Shown piece by piece: positions 59,490-64,000 of a stretch of DNA of 64,000 nt (position 1 is the stretch's first letter; the number at the start of each line of letters is the position of its first letter). The translations under genes and the position numbers were made by a program. The stretch is from the human T2T-CHM13v2.0 reference genome, Homo sapiens, in NCBI RefSeq assembly GCF_009914755.1, contig NC_060930.1; one strand, given 5' to 3'. The notes beneath the pieces are model-generated. The model saw only the letters and a list, made by a program, of their open reading frames with translations. It searched no databases and was not told the DNA's origin.

Positions 59490-59722
59490 AAGCCCGGCAT
59501 GTGCTACCAGGAGCCACAGAAACAAAAGACCCGGGTTCAAGTTACAGCTCCAGTTCCTACTAGCTGAGTGACCATGGTAATTTAGTCAGCCTCTGTCTGC
59601 ATGAATTTCCCCATGTATAAAGTGAGATCATTGACAGCCTTCTCAGAACATGGTCACGAGGATAAAATGGGTAATGTTTGTACAGCTCATAGCCCCGAGG
59701 CTGGTGCCTGGTGTGCAGTAAC
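59490..59722 (+). mobile_element. MIR SINE
   Basis: GACCCGGGTTCAAGT..TACTAGCTGAGTGACC..TTTCCCCATGTATAAAGTG. Confidence 0.7.
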
Positions 59723-60495
59723 CACCATCTTCCCATCTTCCTCTTCCTCCGTGGGGGCAGCAGTTTTCCAGCTGTGCTTCACGGAAACCACAATTGCATC
59801 TGGTTTACTTGCTGGCAATCACAGGGTATCTGCAAAAGAAACTAGGCTTCCACATGTTAGTGAAAGTAGTAGAATTTTCATCTTTTAAGCATCTGTGGAG
59901 ACATTATTTATGAATCCAATTTCTGTTTTTATTCTATCTGCAAATTACATTCTTATCATCATCCTGTAGAGGCAAATTTATTCCCAAACATAATCACAGA
60001 TTACCAAAAATAAAAAAGTATAAGTATTGTCATCCATGGATAGGGAATTTATTACATTTGCCTTACAATGACCCAGATAAATGTAATGAGAATGAGAGAG
60101 AGGGGACAGAGGATATTATGTCTCCCAAACCTCTGTCTCAGCTACTACTACTTTGATACTTATTTATATCAGCCTCACCTTAACATCTCTCAGGTGAAAT
60201 GCTTTCTAAAACCCTGGCTCTATGATTCAAAAATATAAAAACACTCTAGATATTCCAGCTCTAGGTTACTCACAGAAAACTAATTCACTGAAAGTCAATT
60301 CATCTAAGGATCTATTTCCATAATGACCAATTCATCAAATTTTCCAACTTATAAAATATATATTCCTTTCAGCTGCTTATGAAGCTTATAGCAATTCATT
60401 CAGATGCGTAGACAGGGCCCAGGAGAGCCATGGGAAGTCAGGACTGCAGGGATCTGGGTCCCTCAAATCCTCCTTTGCTTTTCAGAGTCCTCCTC

Positions 60496-60948
60496 TGTCT
60501 GCCTACAGAACCAATTATCCCCCAATTTAATGGCTTAAAAGAACAACAAGTATTTATTATCTCCCATAATTTCTGTGGGTCAGGAGTTCAGGGGCAGATT
60601 AGCTGGATGGTTCTGGCTTGGAGTCTCTTGTAAGGTCACAATTAAGGTGATTTGTCATTTGAGACTGGAGCTGGAACATCTACCCCCTAGATGGCTACTC
60701 ACCGGCTGTGGGCAGGAGGCCTTGGCTTCTTGCCATGTGCTCCTCTCCCTAGAACTGCTTCCGTGTCCTCCCAACATGGCGTCTTGCTATCCCAGTGTAA
60801 GTGATCCAAGAGAGAGGAAGGGGGAAACTGCTATGTTATTTCTGCATTGTCCTCTTGGTTACACAAATCATTCCTATCCAGCATGGAAGAGGATGACACA
60901 AGGAAGGGGAGACCCAAAGGTAGAACTCACTGGAGGCTGGTGACCAAA
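60496..60948 (-). mobile_element. MLT1 (F/H-like) ERVL-MaLR LTR
   Basis: TGGCTTAAAAGAACAACAA..TTCTGTGGGTCAGGAGTTCAGG..TGTCCTCCCAACATGGC..AGTGATCCAAGAGAG. Confidence 0.75.
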
Positions 60949-61200
60949 CTGCCCCTCTTTGACCCTCAGACTACTCCTCCTCTGTCTCTTAGTCTTCCCT
61001 TCCCTCTGCCATTCCCAATCTATTGCTAGAAATTTTATAAAAAACTAAAACAAACTTTTTTGGGGGGTAAATCAGTCAATTCAGTAAAACTGGAGAAAGG
61101 GTTTTTAAAAAGCTAAAATGTAGGCAAGACAGAAAATGGCTTTACCAAGAACTAGAAAGAAATTAGTTAAAAATTAAAAACTTCCCTTGCCAAGCATTGA

Positions 61201-61428
<228 letters not shown>

Positions 61429-61784
61429 TGACAAATATATATAAATTCACCAAGTATGGCCAGAAAGCCTCTCCCTTCAAACAGGCTTTTTGTAAGTAGG
61501 TGGAGTGGGTATCCCCAGAACGTATCCTTTCACAAGTGGGCTTTCAGAGAACTGGCCTGCTGCATAAAATCCTCCACTTTTGGCTGTGAAACCTATGTTG
61601 GCTGCCACTTACCTTTTTCAGGCTCCTGTCGGGGAATGTGGGGGTTCTTGTGCGCACCACCTCTCCAGCCAGGCTTCAGCTCCCGACGTCCCTAATCCTC
61701 AGATCTGCTGCCTCAGGTGCCCTTGGTGAAGCAGTCTGCACTGGTGGGTTCCACTGATAATGTCAAAGCTGCTTCCACTCCTTC

Positions 61785-61915
61785 AGCAACTCTATTACAT
61801 AGGCATCAGATGATCCTTCTTCCCACAGAGGCTGGAGAGGCTGTGGGACCTGTCACACAGGCCACACAACAAAAAGGACAGAGTGAGGATTCAAACCTCA
61901 CTGTGTCTGATTCCA
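61785..61915 (-). mobile_element. MIR fragment
   Basis: GGCCACACA..GGATTCAAACC..TGTCTGATTCCA. Confidence 0.5.
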
Positions 61916-62354
61916 ATCACATCTGGCCATCTCATCCCCTCTGCTTCTGACTGTGAGTGGCAGCGTTGCCTCCTCAAACCTTCAGTCACCTGTTGCACCT
62001 CAGCCATGGAATTCCAGACACTCCATCCCCTGAGAGGGGCTGCATTATTCCCAGTGGGGGCTCCTGGTGGGCCTGTCTTGGAGAGACCCTTCCCTACCTT
62101 CCTCACTGTGCCTGCAGTCCCCAGGCTTGTGACTGCCTGTCTAAATGTAGTTATCAGGGGCGCCCTGGAGCCCTCAGGGGCCAGCCAATGGCCAGAGAGC
62201 GACAAAGAGCACATTCCTCCCCTGAGCCAGGAAGGCTTCCTCGAGGTTGCACATGAGCATGGGCTGATTGCTGCTGTCTGAAGAGGACAGAGAATGAATC
62301 ATTTCAAAGAACTTTCAAGCCACCAGAGAGAAAAAAGAAAGAAAATCCTTTTCA

Positions 62355-62520
62355 ATTTGCTCTCTTTCCTCCCTCTCCTTATTTTACCTGTCTTTCTCTC
62401 TTCACCTCTCTTTCTACCTTTCTTCCTCTGGTTCTCTGTCTTGCCATCTCGCAGTCTCCTGCATGTCTCTCTGTCTGGCTCTGTCTCTTTTGCTGTTTCT
62501 CCTGTGTCTCTGTCCCTCTT
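62355..62520. repeat. CT-rich low-complexity tract
   Basis: Pyrimidine-rich strand seen directly. Confidence 0.7.
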
Positions 62521-63879
62521 GTCTAGGTTTTCCTTTGAGGTCGGGGATTACGCTGACTCTCCCTCTGGGTCCCTGACTCATTGTCTGGAATCAGGGACCA
62601 CCAACAGGTGATAGCTGGAGAAAGGAGAGGTCACAGGAGTGACAGAAAACTGTCCAGAGTTGTTTCGGGGGGCAGACCCACTTCAGCCATCAGTAGAATT
62701 GGGTGACATCCTTGGATTTGTGCGCCATCGCTGGGCTGACACTTAGGGTCATCTGGAGCGGAGAGAAGGGACTGTGAGCATGATGCTGAAAGGCTGGAGG
62801 AACTCACCTGCCATCTTACCTGTTTTGCAGAAAACCATAAGCACTGGCTCTGATTTTCTAGCAGGCTTTGTTGCCCTACGGAATGGGATAGGGCTTGACT
62901 CATGCCACTGCTGGGTGGCATGTATGGCCATGGTTGTGGGTAGGTGGCAACCCAGTGACCACTCTTTGTTTACAGCATGGAGAAATGGGCAGAGGAAACC
63001 CAGATGTCCCAGGGGCATGTCTCAGGCGGCCGGTGCCACTGCCCAGGGCTCTGTAGCCATGAGGCGCTGGGAGCACTTGCCCCGTGCTCCTTTTGAACAT
63101 TGCTTATGGAGGGGTGCAGCCCCTTGGGTGTCCTTGGAAAGCACAGGCGTATCACGGAGCAAATGAGAGCAGCTAGATGAAACCAGCGCCCATGCCTCGG
63201 TGACAAATCATGAGCACTACATTTTTATGAAAAATAGATCATTTAAAAATATTTTTCCTACTCGTGAAGCCTTATTTTTTCCTGCAAAGTACAAGTGTCT
63301 TTTCTATAATACCCTGACAGTGTATTTTAAGTTACAGCAAGTATTTTGAATAAGGCAGTCATCAAATTTCCACTCTGGAGGTTATTTCTAGAAGTTGTCC
63401 CCTGCTTTTATAAAGATAGCTCATTTCTTCTTGAAGTGACTCTGACTCTTTTTCATTTCTCTCTTTCTCTCTTTTAAAAGGCAGCACAACTGGCTAGCTC
63501 ATTATCCCTATTTCTGCACAATTAGGAAGGGCCCAGCACACTTTCACTTCAGAGTGATGTATTTCGTGGTGATGACTGATACTGGGGTTGACCAGAGAGC
63601 AAAGAGAGATGAAGTGCTGTGAGAAATCTCAGCAGAGGAGGAAGTGATCTGTCGAAGACGAGATGGAATTAGCCGAACGTTACTTTCAAACTCAGTGGCC
63701 TGGGATCCATCATGGGGCCAAAGCTGGCTCAGGCCAAAACAGTAGAGCAGCACATTTTGTTCTGAGTCTTGCCAGCCGCCTTCCCCACCACAGCCTCCAA
63801 TTTTGGCATTCCTTGCTTGCTTTATTCCTGAAGAGATATTGAATAGCTACCGTTTATATATTGTTAGGGCTTTACAAAG

Positions 63880-64000
63880 TTGTTTTTGTTTTGTTTTTCG
63901 TTTTTTGATACGGAGCCTCGCTCTGTCACCCAGGCTGGAGTGCAGTGGCACGATCTCAGCTCACTGCAAGCTCCGCCTCCCAAGTTCATGCCATTCTCCT
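63880..64000 (-). mobile_element. AluY 3' part, cut by the window edge
   Basis: (TTTTG)n tail, TGCAAGCTCCGCCTCC, CATGCCATTCTCCT. Confidence 0.9.

Noticed and set aside
61450-63760. Dense ORFs on both strands, and a possible exon after TTTCACTTCAG (~63552)
   Set aside because: No protein similarity recognised; all three frames after the acceptor-like site stop quickly; a non-coding exon cannot be excluded

Overview
Non-coding, repeat-rich hominoid (human-like) genomic DNA. I see no host protein-coding exon, RNA gene or CRISPR array. Nearly all ORFs in the supplied track are chance ORFs or translations of Alu, L1, LTR or Tigger sequence. Roughly 60% of the window (estimated by eye) is recognisable transposable-element sequence. 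Main landmarks: (1) a full-length, TSD-flanked L1PA2/L1PA3-type LINE-1 on the minus strand (43751-49754); its ORF2 is open for 1217 codons with EN and RT catalytic residues intact, while ORF1 and ORF0 are dead; (2) a solo LTR13A-type ERVK LTR inserted at the terminus of a near full-length Tigger4 (Zombi) DNA transposon; (3) a twin-primed, 5'-inverted older L1PA; (4) a three-level Tigger3b > AluJ > AluS nest; (5) MER50, MER21, MLT1 and MLT2 solo LTRs, hAT relics and many Alu/MIR/L2/L1M fragments. Outside TEs I found a candidate TATA+Inr core promoter with canonical spacing (~2774-2806), a 77-bp near-perfect tandem duplication, an old ~130-bp dispersed duplication, and a G4/ETS cluster. I found no convincing evidence of a novel biological system. 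Subfamily names come from recalled consensus sequences, and boundaries of old elements are approximate; both need RepeatMasker/Dfam confirmation.
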